Positions 38,966 through 53,579 of a DNA stretch of 64,000 nucleotides are shown here, one piece after another. This DNA is from Octopus vulgaris. Its lineage: Eukaryota. The position numbers were made by a program, and so were the translations under genes. The notes beneath the pieces were generated by a model. That model did not search any database and had not been told where the DNA came from. It saw only the letters and a program-made list of their open reading frames with translations. Numbering within the stretch: the first letter of the stretch is position 1; each line of letters begins with the position of its first letter. The DNA lies in the NCBI GenBank assembly GCA_951406725.2, contig OX597816.1, forward strand, positions 95,046,001 to 95,110,000. Direction: 5' to 3'.

Positions 38966-39720
38966 TTATTATTTCATATTGCCAATCTGTATGATACATT
39001 TTACTTTTTACTATTGATATATGAAAACACCTCTTAATCTTATTTCTGAACCCGGAACCATGTGGTTCGTAAGCAAGCTACTTACCATACAGCCACTCCT
39101 ACGCTTATATAGTGAATTATAAAATACTTAAATTCATTATAATTATAAAATACTTAAATTAATTTCCCGGTCATACGTTCGACCATCTGGAGCTAATATC
39201 AACAACAACATCAACCACACATGACTATCTACTATTGTGGGAGCTAAACAACAACAACAACGACTTGAAATGGAAAACAATAATAATGGCATTAAATACC
39301 TTTACTTCTGTATTTTAATAACGCATTAGTTATCCAGGAATGTGGTGCCTTGCAGTGACTTTGTAATAAATGGCTATGGTGACTGGGAAAATAATGTCAA
39401 GTTGAATAGCAAACGATTGTACATGTATTTATGCAGTAACAATAAAGTAAAAGCGAATTTTAAAGTAATCTAAGATTAACGTATTGACTGAGATATTTGA
39501 CTGACTGGAGAAAAAAAAATCATTTATAAACGTAACAAACATCTGTTGCTTTCCTCTTATAATTTCCTTTAACACAAATCTGATAGCACGATTCTTATCA
39601 ACAATCAATGTGAGCTACTCTGCAATTTATGTTATATATGTATATGTATGTGTATGCATATGTATATATGTAAATGTATGTATGTATGTATGTATGTATG
39701 TATGTATGTATACATACATA

Positions 39721-40480
39721 CAGGACCAAAAGATATCAACCAAATACCTGATGCACAAAAGGGACAGAGATGCTGGAAAAGCAGCAAAATGTAACAATCG
39801 ATGTAGACTTTGTGGAGTCAATACCAAAGATATCACCCACATAATAAGCATTTGTTCGAAAATATCATCACTGTGTTATGTTCTGATGAGACATGATGTG
39901 GTACATAGGACGCTGTATAATGAGATCCGTCGGAAGGATAACTCCGAGGACAAAGAAATAAGAACCCCTGATATGGTGGAAGCCATAGCCACTCAATAAA
40001 AAGGAGTGCTGGTGGAATATCCCAGTGAAAACCTCAATAAAATATAAACACAATAGACCTGATGTAATGATTTGGGATAGAGCAAAGAAACTGTGCAGTT
40101 TTAGAAATCAGCTGCCTAGCAGATGTTAACATAAAGCTAAAGATCAGCGGAAAAGAGAATACCTAAGCTGAACTATTGGGAAATCTGCAGTTACTCTATC
40201 CAGATTACAAGTTTCGGTTTATACCTGTCATTTTGGGGGCAGTAGGATATGTAACACACTGCCTAAATACGAACCTTGAGAAATTTGGCTTCTCGAAAGG
40301 AGAAAGCTTATTCTAAGACTACAAATTCAAGCCATCATTGGAACTGTAAAAATTTGTGAAAAATATCAGAAGCTTATCATTTAAGTATTTATGAGCATGT
40401 CAAGATATGCAACTATATGCATGAAAATACATACATAAAACAAAATATACCATTCTGCACGTATACATACATGGATAAAT
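39721..40480 (+). mobile_element. RLE-type non-LTR 3' fragment (same family as 10030-11572)
   Basis: QDQKISTKYLMHKRDRD, CRLCGVNTKDITHIISIC, MRHD, NRPD, EISC. Confidence 0.88.
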
Positions 40481-40749
40481 AGATAGATAGGTAGGTAGAT
40501 AGCTAGATAGATACATACATGCATACAGACAGACATTCGCACACGTGGTGTTTAAATTCAGTCGTTTTGGTGCAGAGGACTATTTTTGTGTGCTATTGAA
40601 ACATACGTAGGTTTTACCTTTAATTTAAGCTCTATAAGAATAGTACCTTCCCACCAAAAGCCCCGACCATCTCGAACAGTTGGTTACCTTCTTTGGATAC
40701 ATGCAGAGAAGCATCTTTTTACAAAAGATTGTAGCTTTAATTACACGGT

Positions 40750-42560
40750 AACATTAGACTGATGAATAACAGCACATTACTACAATGTGTAATATGGCAT
40801 GACATGAAACCAGGATCAGCACTCGTCAGTTGTTGAACTATGGAGAGAAATACTAGTAGACTTTTGAGATGAATAAAGGTCTGTACTAATTCTATGAAAA
40901 GGTTTGGAGGGATTTCTTGATCGGCAACATGAACAGCATGAGGAGGTGCTGGGACATAAAAAAGCTAACTTTTTATATTTCAGTGTGAAGTTATTTTGCC
41001 AGCATGCTATGTTTGTTGAGAAGAAAGACAGCTCTAACTAGCAAAACCAACCATCAAAACACGCACAATTAACAGCGTTAGAAGTTTGACAGATTTTGTT
41101 CTCGAGATAAATACTAAGGATATGAACCACGATTAAAACCAAAGCAATAATCATAATGCAGATAGGGTTGCTGCCAATACAGGGAGATAAGAACAACTTA
41201 CGAACATAAATCAATGACAGTTATAAGCAGCTTCAAACGCAGCCACTAAATTAAAGAACTATTATGACACGAGTTGATAGACTTGCTGAAAGGATGTTAT
41301 CTATAATCGATCAAGTTGCTAAATAACACCCAAAACAAATTGAAGCTTCCCAGGCTTGGGGCATGTCTCAGTGTTACAATTACCATCCGTCAACAGATGA
41401 AATTAACCGACATCGATCGAAATGATAAGAAGCAACCACAAAGAAATGGATTGGTTCTCTCGAAAAGAACATAGATAAACTATGAGAAAGCATTGGGAGT
41501 TTGGATATTATCACTGGATGTAATGTGAATAATAAACCCACGACCCAATATAGATATAGGTTCGTGGGTTTATTATTCACATTACATCCATTACAACTTT
41601 AAAAGAGATTGTCCAAAATTTACAGGAACTGTCAAAGAGAGACATTCGCAGGTAAACTAATTGTACTTAAATATGAACTACGAGCAGTACATAAAAAGTT
41701 TTGTTATCGTATGAAATTACAAGAATCTCAGACTAACAGCTGTAAGTTTGCATTAAAATCACAAACTGTATATAATAGCATGAAAGACCATACAATCGAC
41801 GTTGTAAATGCTACTTACAGTGATTTTGAGTGTAGTGATGATGGTGGGTTGATAATATGGACAATTGAGTTTCACAAGGAATATCTCTCCTAAAACATAA
41901 CATCGCCAGTGAAACTCTCCTGTTATTGCAAAAGTATCGAATGGAAAATTACCTGGGAGAAACTTGGTCAGAAATTGATACAGGAAGCTAACGTTTTCCT
42001 TGGAAGGAAGCCCAAGTTAATCTGTTAACAAAACAATGGATGTTGAGCTCTGACAGTTGCTCAGGCGACACTCGTGCATAAGAAACAAGGGGCATATGAC
42101 AAAAAATTATAAAATGCTACATATAAATTGTTAAATTGTACACAGGTTACTCGAGTATATTTCTCTATGATCTCTATGAAATAATGTAGTGACAGGTGAG
42201 CAGGCAAGAAGAAAGAAATCTATTGCTCTACTGAAGAAATTCTCATCAGCAAAGATGTCTTTAAGGAAGCAAAGCCGTATCACCGAAGTCTGCGTGCATG
42301 GCTAAATTATAAGAAAGCGTTTGACTGTCATTCATTCATAGATGTTTGAGTCCACTATGTCATACATTCATAGATGCTTGATACCGTTAAAAGACAAACA
42401 TCATTGTCCATACAGTTACCACAAAGAATTCAAGAAACTAATGCTGTCACAAACAGAATTAGGCTATCGACGAGGATATTCCAGGGTGATAGCTTGTTTG
42501 TGATACTGATCGTCTTAATAGTTTGTTCCTGTCAGCCCTGTTGAAGAAATGTCAAGTTGC
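40750..42560 (+). mobile_element. Highly decayed R4-like RT region
   Basis: WLNYKKAFD at ~42300 and RGIFQGDSL at ~42470; left boundary uncertain. Confidence 0.55.
41515..41590. repeat. 76-nt palindrome with perfect 29-bp arms
   Basis: TGGATGTAATGTGAATAATAAACCCACGA (41515-41543) and its exact reverse complement (41562-41590). Confidence 0.95.
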
Positions 42561-42896
42561 ATGCTAGGATCTGCAAAAAAAAGAAAAAAAGAAAGAAAAT
42601 GAACGTTTCCATATCCCTTTTTAGATGCTCTTCAGCTGCATTCAAAGTAATATTCATGACATTGTGAGACAGTTGGCTACAACAGGGTTGGGTTATAGGA
42701 AAGATATTAGGTTAGGATAAATATTTATATTTAGTAGTCAATAGCTGGAAGCCTATTGAACAGTGAAAATATGCAATAGCTTGCTTTGTCTCCCATGTTT
42801 CCAAAGGAGAATGCTAAAAATATTTTGGAGTAACAAAAGAATATTATTTACATTATATACATTCGACGGATATTTGTCCTCATCTTGTTTGTTGTT

Positions 42897-42942
42897 AACA
42901 CAACGTTTCGGCTGATATACCCTCCAGCCTTCTTCAGGTGTT
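42897..42942 (-). ncRNA. Minimal type-I hammerhead motif in a pLTR-like repeat (~42845-42960)
   Basis: AACAC-CTGAAGA-A-GGCTG GAGGGTATAT CAGCC-GAAAC-GTT-GTGTT: 5-bp stem I, 5-bp stem II, palindromic AACGTT in place of stem III. Confidence 0.72.
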
Positions 42943-44170
42943 TTGGGGAAATTTTGAACGTAACTGATAATGTGGCAACACACTTTTAGTGCCTTATTTA
43001 GTGTAATGTTAATCAAAAAGTTGAAAATCGCTGTTAGAGATGTTATACTACTAAGTATAAGCAAACTTCAGATCGAGTCATAGGCCACACAATGCTAATA
43101 GTGTGGTGATTTGTAACCAATACAGCCCGATCCAACCGCAATCTCACATATCTCTTTAACTCTCTACATCAATGTAAGCCCTTTTACATATCCCTGAACA
43201 GGATACAAGCACTCCAAATTCTCATTATCTTTTTCCAAGCGCAACCTGTACGAAACTATCTTTCTCTCTCCACCAAATGCGTCATACTTGAGGAAGATAT
43301 GAGTGGAGAGGAAGGTGCCAATTACAACTGAATTTGCTGAAAGATGGGTAAGTGTAACAAATGTTGCTACAATATGCAATGTGTATTTTTGAAAGCGGTA
43401 GGAGGCGCTTTTGAAGGAGATTGTGCTGTTATTTCTAGCCAGTTGATGGATCATATAAATATTCCTTCCTTGGCGCAATTAGTTATGTTAATGAGTGTTT
43501 AAGTAAAGCATCAGGAAAAATGCAGTTATCAGGTAATGAAAAATACAATTAAATTTATTTTTTGCAAATTCAACCTACAAGCAGAAGAGAAGAAATATTT
43601 TAAAATTCAAGATGTAATTCTATACTTTTGTTGATACCTAAATGCCAGAGATGGAGCTTTGTTTCTTAGAAACCAATTCCTTCTATATTGGAACAAATCA
43701 AAGAATTAAAAGAAGAGACTAAATACGGATGGAGAGTTGAGTCTACTACTCTGAAGGTTTAAAGGAAGAACTCGTCTTCATGCAGTCGATCTAGAATAAA
43801 TCAGCTTGTTCTAACAAAACTACCAGATCTTTGTACTAACATGTGGGGCCAAAATCAACTGAAGACTGAAGCGTAGACATATTGCAGTGTCAGGAAACGA
43901 ATCACAGATCTTTTGAGTGCAGTTCTATTAACATATACACCTGGCATTCTTCGTTCTCAAAACATGCTAAAAATATTCTTTCAAAAGTAGCACCATATAT
44001 TCTGCAGTCCAGATTCTCTTGACTTCTTCCTTCAAGAGTATCGAATGAAATAGAACCATAAAGATGAAGAAGTTCACAGATGGAACAATAAACTATATAT
44101 ACATATATGTGTGTGTGTGTTTGAGTGTGTGTGTGTGTGTGTGAATGTGTGTATGTGTGTGAGTGTGTGC

Positions 44171-44232
<62 letters not shown>

Positions 44233-44561
44233 CTTAATTTTCTAAAGAAAATTATGCAGAGTCGAAGAAATCAATAGACGACGTAGCTTATATCCAGTGG
44301 AAGTAACAGCATGGAAAGTTCCTGAGTGGTATGTTGAAAATAAGGAATGGTATTGAACGGGCATGGAGAGGGTAATATGTAATTGTTAAAATTGTCTTTT
44401 ATTGATCCACGCACTTAAAAGATAAGTAATCGATATTATTCAGTAGTCCATTATTGGGAAGAATTTTACGAAATATCCGCCTCCAACTCTTTTAGTATTA
44501 TTATCATTGCCCTACCTATTAACATTTAACTACGGATATCGTTACCGCCTCAAAAACAACA

Positions 44562-44609
<48 letters not shown>

Positions 44610-44631
44610 AACAACAACAACAACAACAACA

Positions 44632-44679
<48 letters not shown>

Positions 44680-44895
44680 GGTTTCAAATTTTGGCGCAAA
44701 GCCACACATTTTTCGGGACGGAGTAAGTCGATCACACCGACCTCAATGCTCAAATAATACTAATTTTATCAATCCAGAGAGGATGAAAGGTTAAATCGAT
44801 CTCGGCGGCATTTGAACTCAGAACTTAAAGACAGACGAAATGCTGCTAAGCATTTTGTGCGACGCGGTAATGACTTTGTCAGTTCAACGCCTTGC
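44680..44895 (-). mobile_element. Family B SINE, CpG-rich
   Basis: GGATGAAAGG..TCGATCTCGGCGGCATTTGAACTCAGAAC. Confidence 0.8.
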
Positions 44896-44908
44896 TGCAG
44901 CCGCTGTT

Positions 44909-44973
<65 letters not shown>

Positions 44974-44984
44974 CAACAATAATA

Positions 44985-46533
44985 GGAGAGTGGAGAGTAT
45001 CAGCTGGAGGATTTGAGAATAACCGAGGAAATTCCTAACTGGAAAGCGCCTGGCCCAGATGGGGTTCAGGGCTTTTGGCTTAAAAACTTGACAGCTCTGC
45101 ACAAGAGAATTGCGAGATAGATGGACAAAATACTGAGTAGCGACATCCAAGTATCGGCCAAAATGACAAAAGAACGGTACTATACCAGAAAGACCCAAGT
45201 AAAGGGAATGCGGTTGGAAATTTCCGACCAATATCTTGTTTGCCACTGATGTGGAAACTGATGACGGACTTCATATCAAACAATATCTACTACCAGTGGA
45301 ACAAAAAGAGTATAGACGTAAGAACAGAGGAACGAAGGATCAACTACTAATCGGTAAGACTATCCTGGCTGACTGCAAGAAGACAAACAAAAAATTTGGT
45401 GATGGCATAAGTGGACTACAGGAAAGCATATGACATGGTCCCACACTCGTGGATTATTGAATAGCATGGGATTTGGGATCGAAAAGTGTGGTGTAATGAT
45501 TCTCAAAAAAAATCAGTAAAATCTATGGGATCATGCTGGAAAATAATGAAATTATAAAGGAAGTCGGAGAGGAAGGATATAAGTACCAGGGTATCATTGA
45601 AAGAGATAAGATGAATGAACACAAGGTGAAAGAAATGTACAGGAAAGAGTATTTGAGGAACAAAATTTGAAGAAAATTTGACAGGACAAGAAAATACACA
45701 GTCAGTTCTTGAAGAATAAAGATGATATTGATTGGAATAGAACCTGGCAATGGCTGCAGAAAGGAGACTTAAAAGGGACCACTGACGCATTAGTGTGCAG
45801 CGCTCAAGAACAAGCTCTCAGAACAAACTACTCCAAATATCACATTGATAAAAGCTCTTACTCGCCAGTGATGGATGTGCTCTGAGAAGGGAGAAAGTAT
45901 AAGCCATATTGTTAGTGAATGCCGTAAGCACATACACTCAAATATAAAAGGAGACACGATAATGTGGCCAGATATGTCTACTGGCTGGTGTGCGGTAAAG
46001 CAAACCTCGAGAGAGCCGAACAATGGTATAAACAGAAGCCAGAGGGAGTAATGGAAAACCAACATTACAAAATACTCTGGGATTTTAACATGCAGTGCAA
46101 CGAAGTCATAGAGGCGAGACGAGCAGATATCGTGCTCATCCATAAGGATGAAAAAAAAAGTAAAGATAATAGATGTTGCAATACCAGGTGATTCGAGGGT
46201 GAAATGTAAGGAAACAAAAGCGTGAGACATATCAGCCACTGCGGGACGAGAGAGGAAAGTTATGGGGTATAAGGAAAGTAATAATGCTGCCGGTGGTAAT
46301 TGGGGTGTTGCGAGCAGTCTCAAAGGGCTTTGAAAAACAGATTACGAATATTGGATCTGCTGTCAGGCTTGAGGTGATGCAGATGACAGCATTGTTAGGT
46401 ACAGCTCGCATTCTAAGGAGAGTATTGTCTCTTTTAGTCACAGGAGAAGGGACTACTTGAAACCTTTGGCGATTTGTTATTGGCTGCTTTCAAGTAAAGA
46501 ATAACCGGTAATTAAGAACTATCTGAGAGTCTT
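44985..46533 (+). mobile_element. R4/Dong-like LINE A, internally deleted
   Basis: [77 protein letters not shown]; flanked by (TAA)n and (TAC)n(TAA)n. Confidence 0.88.
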
Positions 46534-46536
46534 TCA

Positions 46537-46583
<47 letters not shown>

Positions 46584-46653
46584 ATAATAATAATAATAAT
46601 GATAATAATAAAAATAATATTAATAATAATAGTAATAATAATAATAATAAAAA

Positions 46654-47380
46654 CAAAATGAAATCATTGATCATCTTGTCTCCATGCGCAGTCTTTTTGC
46701 GCCTACAGAATATCTCAACAGGCATGATAGAGCAGCACAATATATTCACTGGGTAATTTGCAAAATCCTGGACCTACCCCATGATAAAAATTGATGGGAA
46801 CACAAACCACCTCCAATGCTTGAAAATGATCACATCTCACTCCTCTGGAACTTCACCATTCAAACTGACAGAAAGATAGATGCGAATAGGTCAGACATTA
46901 TATTGAAAGACTTCAAACAAAAATCATGCCTCCTCATTGACATGACTGTCCCAATCGACATAAACGTATCTGTCAAGACCTACCAAAAACTGAGCAAGTA
47001 TAAAGATCTTGAAATAGAAATTGGCAAAATGTGGAACCTCAAGACTAAAACAATACCTGCTGTCATAGGTGCCCTAGGAATGTTAGCAAAAGGGGCTGAT
47101 TCCTACCTAGTTCAGATACCAGAAAACCCCAAAATGGCAAAAATTCAAAAGATAGTGCTCATGGGAACTGCCCTATCCTACGTAAAATACTGTCTATGTA
47201 ATCTCAAATTTTAAAACAAACTCATAATTTTCTTATATTTTCTTAAACATTCTTTAGAACAATACTATATGCAAAATCAAATATATGACACCCTAGGCAT
47301 AACACCAACATGAACTTCTAACTTGTCTCATGAGGTCTCTGGGTGAGAGCCAACTTGTACAAGTACAAAACAAAAATTAA

Positions 47381-47383
<3 letters not shown>
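46654..47383 (+). mobile_element. R4/Dong-like LINE B, 3' RLE fragment
   Basis: NRHDRAAQYIHW, LLWNFTIQTDRKIDANRSDI, LIDMTVP, KLSKYKDLEIE; (TAA)n on both sides. Confidence 0.88.
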
Positions 47384-47441
<58 letters not shown>

Positions 47442-47442
47442 T

Positions 47443-48278
47443 ATACTGGACTAAACTAAATGCAAAAGAAATAGACAAAGAAAAATCCCAGCAATGGTTG
47501 AGAAGCTCAGGACTCAAAGCAGAGACAGAGGGATTTTTAATTGCAGCACAAGACCAAAGCCTCCCCATCAGAAATTACCAAAAACATGTAATGAAAAGAA
47601 ATATAACAAGTAACTGCAGAATATGTGGAGATGGACAAGAAACAATAAATCATATTATCTCTGGCTGCCCAGTCCTGGCTAAGAAGGAATATATTCACAG
47701 ACATGACAGAGTTGGAACTTACATACACTGGAAGCTATGCCAACATTATGGAATAACAACAGAAAAAAAGATGGTATAGGCACACACCAGAAAAGGTCAC
47801 AGAAAACGAGAAAGCAACCATACTCTGGGATATGCCGATACACACAGATAGAGAAATTAAGGCCAACAGACCAGATATAGTTGTCAGAGATCACGAAGAA
47901 AAAAAATGCTTTCTAATTGATGTATCAAAACCGGCAGATGACAACGTGTCTCTAAAAGAAATGGAGAAACTTTCAAAATATAAAGACCTGGAAATAGAGG
48001 TAACCAGAATGTGGAATCTAAAAATAGAAACAATTCCTGTCATAATAGGTGCATTAGGCATGATAAAAAAATATTTAGACAAATACATAACAAAAACACC
48101 AGGACTTACAAACACATATAACAAACAGAAAATTGCACTACTAGGCACTGCACACATCCTACGCAGAACACTTTCCATACAATAACCATCAGAGCATCAC
48201 AACAAATCACAGCACATACCCAAGGCACACAGAGCTGCGCTCGGTAGTGAAGTGAAAGCGCGATAAAAAAATATACTA

Positions 48279-48283
<5 letters not shown>
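47443..48283 (+). mobile_element. R4/Dong-like LINE C, 3' CCHC plus RLE fragment
   Basis: ETEGFLIAAQDQSL, CRICGDGQETINHIISGC, RHDRVG, NRPDIVV, LIDVS, EKLSKYKDL; (TAA)n on both sides. Confidence 0.9.
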
Positions 48284-48473
<190 letters not shown>

Positions 48474-48479
48474 AGCATG

Positions 48480-50760
48480 CCTCCTTTCCGATCCGTTAAA
48501 GACCTGATTGTGGTTTTGTGGCTATGCCGTGTACTCACCGTTGGGGTCTATCAGGCGGTTTTAGTTCTTTCATATTTGAGTGCACGGTCCTTATCTCTGA
48601 CAACGCATTCTTCGTTTTTCGCTTCGAAGAAATGGTCACGGGCCTGTTTCACCGCTAATACGTCGATCGCGATGCCTTAAATAATCGCCTCTTCTAGTTT
48701 GCCAACTAGTTCTTCCTTCTTCCTCTAATGTATTTCTTTCTGGTGCTAATTCTTTGCCAATTGATTGTACTGTAATCACCCGCTTCAGAGGATTCCCCAT
48801 TGGTTGTTGACGATTGCCTCACATCATCTGCCGCTTAATTACTAATCTGGTCTCTGTAGTTTTGGCGTGCTGGTAAGGACACGTTCAACTTCCAGTAGCC
48901 GAGCCCCTGTCTACGTTTCCTATCTAAATCCACAGTGCAGGCCACAAATTTGTGGTTTGTGCAGCCGATAAATTTGAATTGTGTACAACCTACGCTATCC
49001 CTATTCACTAAACCAACTCTATCTAGATACGATCTGGATGACCCATTGTGGTTGTTATATGTCCACACTGGCACATCAGTTGATATCTGTCAGGCGATAG
49101 GAAGTTTCTGAGCTGGTTTCTGAGGCTTTTTCACCCCTTTTGCTATGTACAGGCCTTCCATGCATTCAAAATGCTATACCATTCCCCCACTAGTACTAAA
49201 GTGTGAGATGTTCTCAGGAATATTTCGAGACGCTGGAAGATATCTTGCTTTCCAGCCGCTGTTGAAGCGTAAACGGCCAACAATATAAAAGCACAATCTT
49301 TGCTGCCGCTCATGCCTAGGACCACCAATTAAGAAAATTGCCCTACTTTGAGACCTAAGGATTTTCGGAATAGTACTGCTACACTGCATTCCGCGCCCGA
49401 CAGACCACAAAATGATAATACCTCGTAGTTTTCAAAAATAAATCCTTGTCCATGCTTCCTAGAAAATCTCATCTCACTAATGGTCACATCTAAACCAAGT
49501 GATCTGAGATCGTTGAGCAAGTGACCCTGCTTCCAAACCAAACCCAAGATCCTACACCTCTTACTCTAAGTGTAACATTTAAGGCTAGAGAAAAAAATGA
49601 AGTTACCTACCCTTGTCTTCGTGGATGACTGTTGAAAGGTTTCTCATAAAAACTTTTTTAGGGGTACTTATAAAACCCACCGCTATCCGGGAGGAATTTC
49701 CCTTTTAAGTCCAGATACATATTCGTATCTATTAGTATTAGCATTTTGTCCGATGGTGATTTTGGGAGGTGTTCAACAAAACCTTCCCTATTTGTCACAA
49801 CGTTTTTGTTGTTAGTCACTTCCTCAATAAATTCAATATTGCTCTTCTGAAACAACAGAGATGTGATAAAGGAAGTAAAGTACACGAGTAGTTTGTGACT
49901 GTTGGTCATATTGTCGTTCGGGTATTTCTTTTGGTTTTCGTGATTTTCGATGCGTTTGTGGTCAGTTTTCTTGATGTGATGAAGGTATTGATATTTTTGG
50001 TGCTTGAATTTGTGACGGATTTTCTCTATTACCGTCATATCTAATCGCCTTGAATCTCGCCAACCTTTATTTATTTGAGTGTAAGTCATCATCTTATCGT
50101 CGATAAAGGTCTGTTGGTGCGATTTCCACAGACCTTCATCTCTTTATGATAGCTTTACTTTTGTAAGGCCTGAGTCAGAGGTAAAAGATGGTGTGTTAGT
50201 TTTAGTGTTTTCAACTAATACTTGAGGAGGAGATTTTTTTCTGTAGAGGTGATAATAACGGTGGATTTCTCCACCACAGCGCAAAAGGCTTCGACGTGTG
50301 TCGAATTCTCCCACACGAAACATTTGTTTTTTTTTCTCTATTTATAAATGCCAGTATCTGCCCGCATTCCCCGAAACCGAAAAAGTTGGGAAAGTGATTG
50401 ATTTTTGCTAGAGAAACCAGTATCTAAAATTCCATAAGAATTCCAGTCCTGTTGAGTTGTGGGATGTATTTCACACCCACAATCTCCCCATGCTCCTCCA
50501 GAATGGCTAAAACACTTGCTGTATTTCACTGAATCGGTACTTTCTTGACACAAATTCGAACCATACTTTTACCCATATAATGGGAAGTCATTATAAAGGT
50601 CTGGTTTCTTATTCGCTGATGCATACAGAAGCTACTATACCTTATTTTTTTACTTTATATATGTGTAGCACTGACGGCCACATCTTAGAGGCAAATTTCA
50701 TTTCTGCCAGAATAGTAAATTTAAGTTTCCTCTTCTTGTGAGAAAGCATTTATACATAAT
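48480..50760 (-). mobile_element. L1/Tx1-like LINE 5' part (ORF1 knuckle remnant and APE endonuclease)
   Basis: VAVLFRKSL, LLAVYA, LVLVGEW, SRSYLDRV, NHKFV, GYWKLN (48835-49547); degenerate CX2CX4HX4C (CFVWENSTHVEAFC) near 50300. Outer boundaries uncertain. Confidence 0.72.
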
Positions 50761-51211
50761 AGTATTTCGTTCAGAGTTAGTTTTTCCCTCCTCACTAAGC
50801 GACAGTGTAATTTTTCTACTGGAGGGCCTCTCCTTTCAGATCTTACACCGAATGTACGGTTCACTGACTTACTATCCCCGAAAAATTAGAATTGTTCTCG
50901 TTGTTTTATATATTGTTATTGTTGTTTTCCATATAGTTGTTGTTGTTAATACTAATGCCGTCGATGTTACAGTTGGTGACTACATTCTTGTTTCCGTTCA
51001 CGCTGTTGCTATTGTTGTTCACGTTGATGCTGTTGTTGTTGCCGATGCTGTTGTTATTTTACTGTTTTTGCTGCTGTTGGTACCGCTGCTGCTACTGCTG
51101 CTGCTACTGCTGCTGCTACTGTTGCTACTGCTACTACTGTTGTACACATAGTCGTTACTGTTGTTGTTGTCACTACCGTTGCTGCGGCTTGTAATATTTG
51201 TAGGTACTGCT

Positions 51212-51311
51212 GTCGTCATAGCAACAAGACAAAATTCCATTACCTTGATTCAATAAATTTATTTGAGCCAACTCACTTACCATTGACATCATGTTCCGTT
51301 GCCATGGTTAT
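51212..51311. promoter_or_regulatory. Pair of X-box-like motifs around a candidate short exon
   Basis: GTCGTC AT AGCAAC (51212-51225) and GTTGCC AT GGTTAT (51298-51311). Confidence 0.3.
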
Positions 51312-51701
51312 TTTGGGCATCAAAACTGGGTCGACTGAATACTGTCCATAGTCAACTATTATTATTTTGTATTCCAATAGTTTACTAAAATCGGAAAAAA
51401 ATTTGAAATCCTTATTTTCATAAAAAATGCAAAATAACATTGAATATCTACCCGAAAAAAAAAAAGCGGGTGTTATGAACAGAACTGCTGCCACTGCGAG
51501 CCAGACAATACCAGAAAAATAGTTATAGCAAAATAAGTGATTGGACAATAAGTCGAAACGATTGATTTAACTCTCAAAACTCATAATGTTCTAAGTTTCC
51601 ATGACTTTACAACAGCAGCAGCAGCAACAGCAACAACAACAAAGACGGTGACGACAACAACAGAATCTGTAACAACAATAATGATAATAATGCGATAATA
51701 A

Positions 51702-51915
51702 GGGCTTCAAATTTTGGCCCAAGGACAGCAATTTTGGGGAAGTGGGATAGTCGATTACATCGATCCCAGTGCTCAACAGGAACTTATTTTATCGACACGA
51801 AAAGGATGAAAGGCAAAGTCGACCTAGGTGAAACTGGAACCCAGAACGTAGAGACAGACGAGATGCTGTTAAACAATTTGCCCAGCGCGGTACCGATTCT
51901 GCCACCTCGCCGCTT
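51702..51915 (-). mobile_element. Family B SINE, CpG-rich
   Basis: TAGTCGATTACATCGATCCCAG..TATCGACACGAAAAGGATGAAAGGCAAAGTCGACC. Confidence 0.8.
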
Positions 51916-51937
51916 TAATGATGATAATGATGATGAC

Positions 51938-51976
<39 letters not shown>

Positions 51977-52383
51977 AATATTTTCTATTACTGGCGCAAG
52001 GCCTGAAATTTTGGAGGAAATGGCTAGTCGATTGCATGAACTTTAGTGCTTAGTATTTTGTCAAGCACAGTAGTGGTATATATAATGTAAACATGTAGTG
52101 TAAATGTTTCAAACTATGTTTCTAAATCCTTCTGCATTTTACATTGAACTTTAGGTCCTCCAAAATCGTCTTGGTGTATAGGTCGTCCTACCATTTTTGA
52201 TAAATTTTAGTCTATAAAATTCGACTTGTATACCGGAAAATACGGTAGACAACACGAAGAAAAGCAAACTTGGAATGCCTTTGATCATAGGTCTGCTCAA
52301 CCCATGTTGACCTGGGACTTAACAAATAATTAACAAACATTATTTACATTTGACAGATATTTGTCCTCATCTTGTTGGTTGTT

Positions 52384-52425
52384 AACAACGTTTCGGCTGA
52401 TATACCCTCCAGCCTTCATCAGGTT
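52384..52425 (-). ncRNA. Minimal type-I hammerhead motif, second copy (repeat ~52340-52460)
   Basis: AAC-CTGATGA-A-GGCTG GAGGGTATAT CAGCC-GAAAC-GTT-GTT: canonical CUGAUGA core, stem I only 3 bp. Confidence 0.65.
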
Positions 52426-53579
52426 CTCATTCCTAAGGTATTTTTCGATGTTGTTGTTGTTGTTGTGTTCTTCCTCCTTAACAAGGCAGTGAACTATTCA
52501 GCACTATGAATATTTGAGCGTGTCCTGGTTGTTCAGCTGACTACCTGCATGACATAACATAGGTCTACTCGTTTTGAAGATTACCTATTATAACACAAGC
52601 TTATAAGCTCTGTTGTCAATTTCCATAAGCGAATATTAAAATGACTTTGAGCATCGTTCTAAAAGATTTAAAGTAGATTGCTGGCCGACTTGTCATTAAA
52701 GGGGAGCTGGACCAAGATAAAAAATTGAAAAACACTGTTAGAGTTACAGTGTTTGTGAGAAAAAAAAAACGATAAAACACCCGCAGATACAGGGTATGAT
52801 TACAGTTGGAATGCTTTCGATCATAATTCTGCTTGAACAGGACTAACCTGGAGCTAAACAAGATAATTAATTTTCCCACTACCATCAAAATGATGAGAAA
52901 CGTCATCTCTATCATCATTACGAACATCTTACATTACAAACACGAGCTCCATCACCGTCATTATCATAACCATAATCATTGCTGTTATCAACACTCTCCC
53001 CGTCACCATGAACGCATCCATTACACTCATCAATCAACAGACATCTAGCACGAAGCAAGGAGGTTCATTAAGACGTTTCTCTGATTGGTTTTTGATGAAA
53101 GTCTTCAAGTCGGAATATATGAAGTTTACTAAGATACACACGTTCTGCTGGATTTTTTAATCATTGTTTGATATCATTTTGAATCTTATTTCTCAAAAGT
53201 TTCATTAGCAGGTTGATGACATAACAGAAAGAGTAATAAAGTGGAAGAGTCAGATAAAATGCTATTAGGCATTCATCAACCATCCCACTTAGTTTTACTC
53301 GATAAACAGGCTGAAATCATTCAACGGCAGAACAGCGGCTCATTCGTAACGATGATAATATCGTGAATTTTCTGGACGCCTAGTACGTCAGGTATCACCT
53401 ACAAGTTACAGGCCACCTCGTGTTGCACCGTACGGTCACTTCCACTCCTGGACGTGGGTGAGTTATGGAACAGCCATAAATATGGTGAGGGATTTATAAA
53501 CTGGACTTCGAATAGAAATTTGGAAATGTGTGACACCACGCAAAACAACTGGGGTACAATAGACTACGTCCGTTAACAC

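Noticed and set aside
52150-52247. pogo/Tc2-like terminus (..CCGGAAAATACGG|TA)
   Set aside because: No matching opposite TIR found, so the element cannot be delimited.
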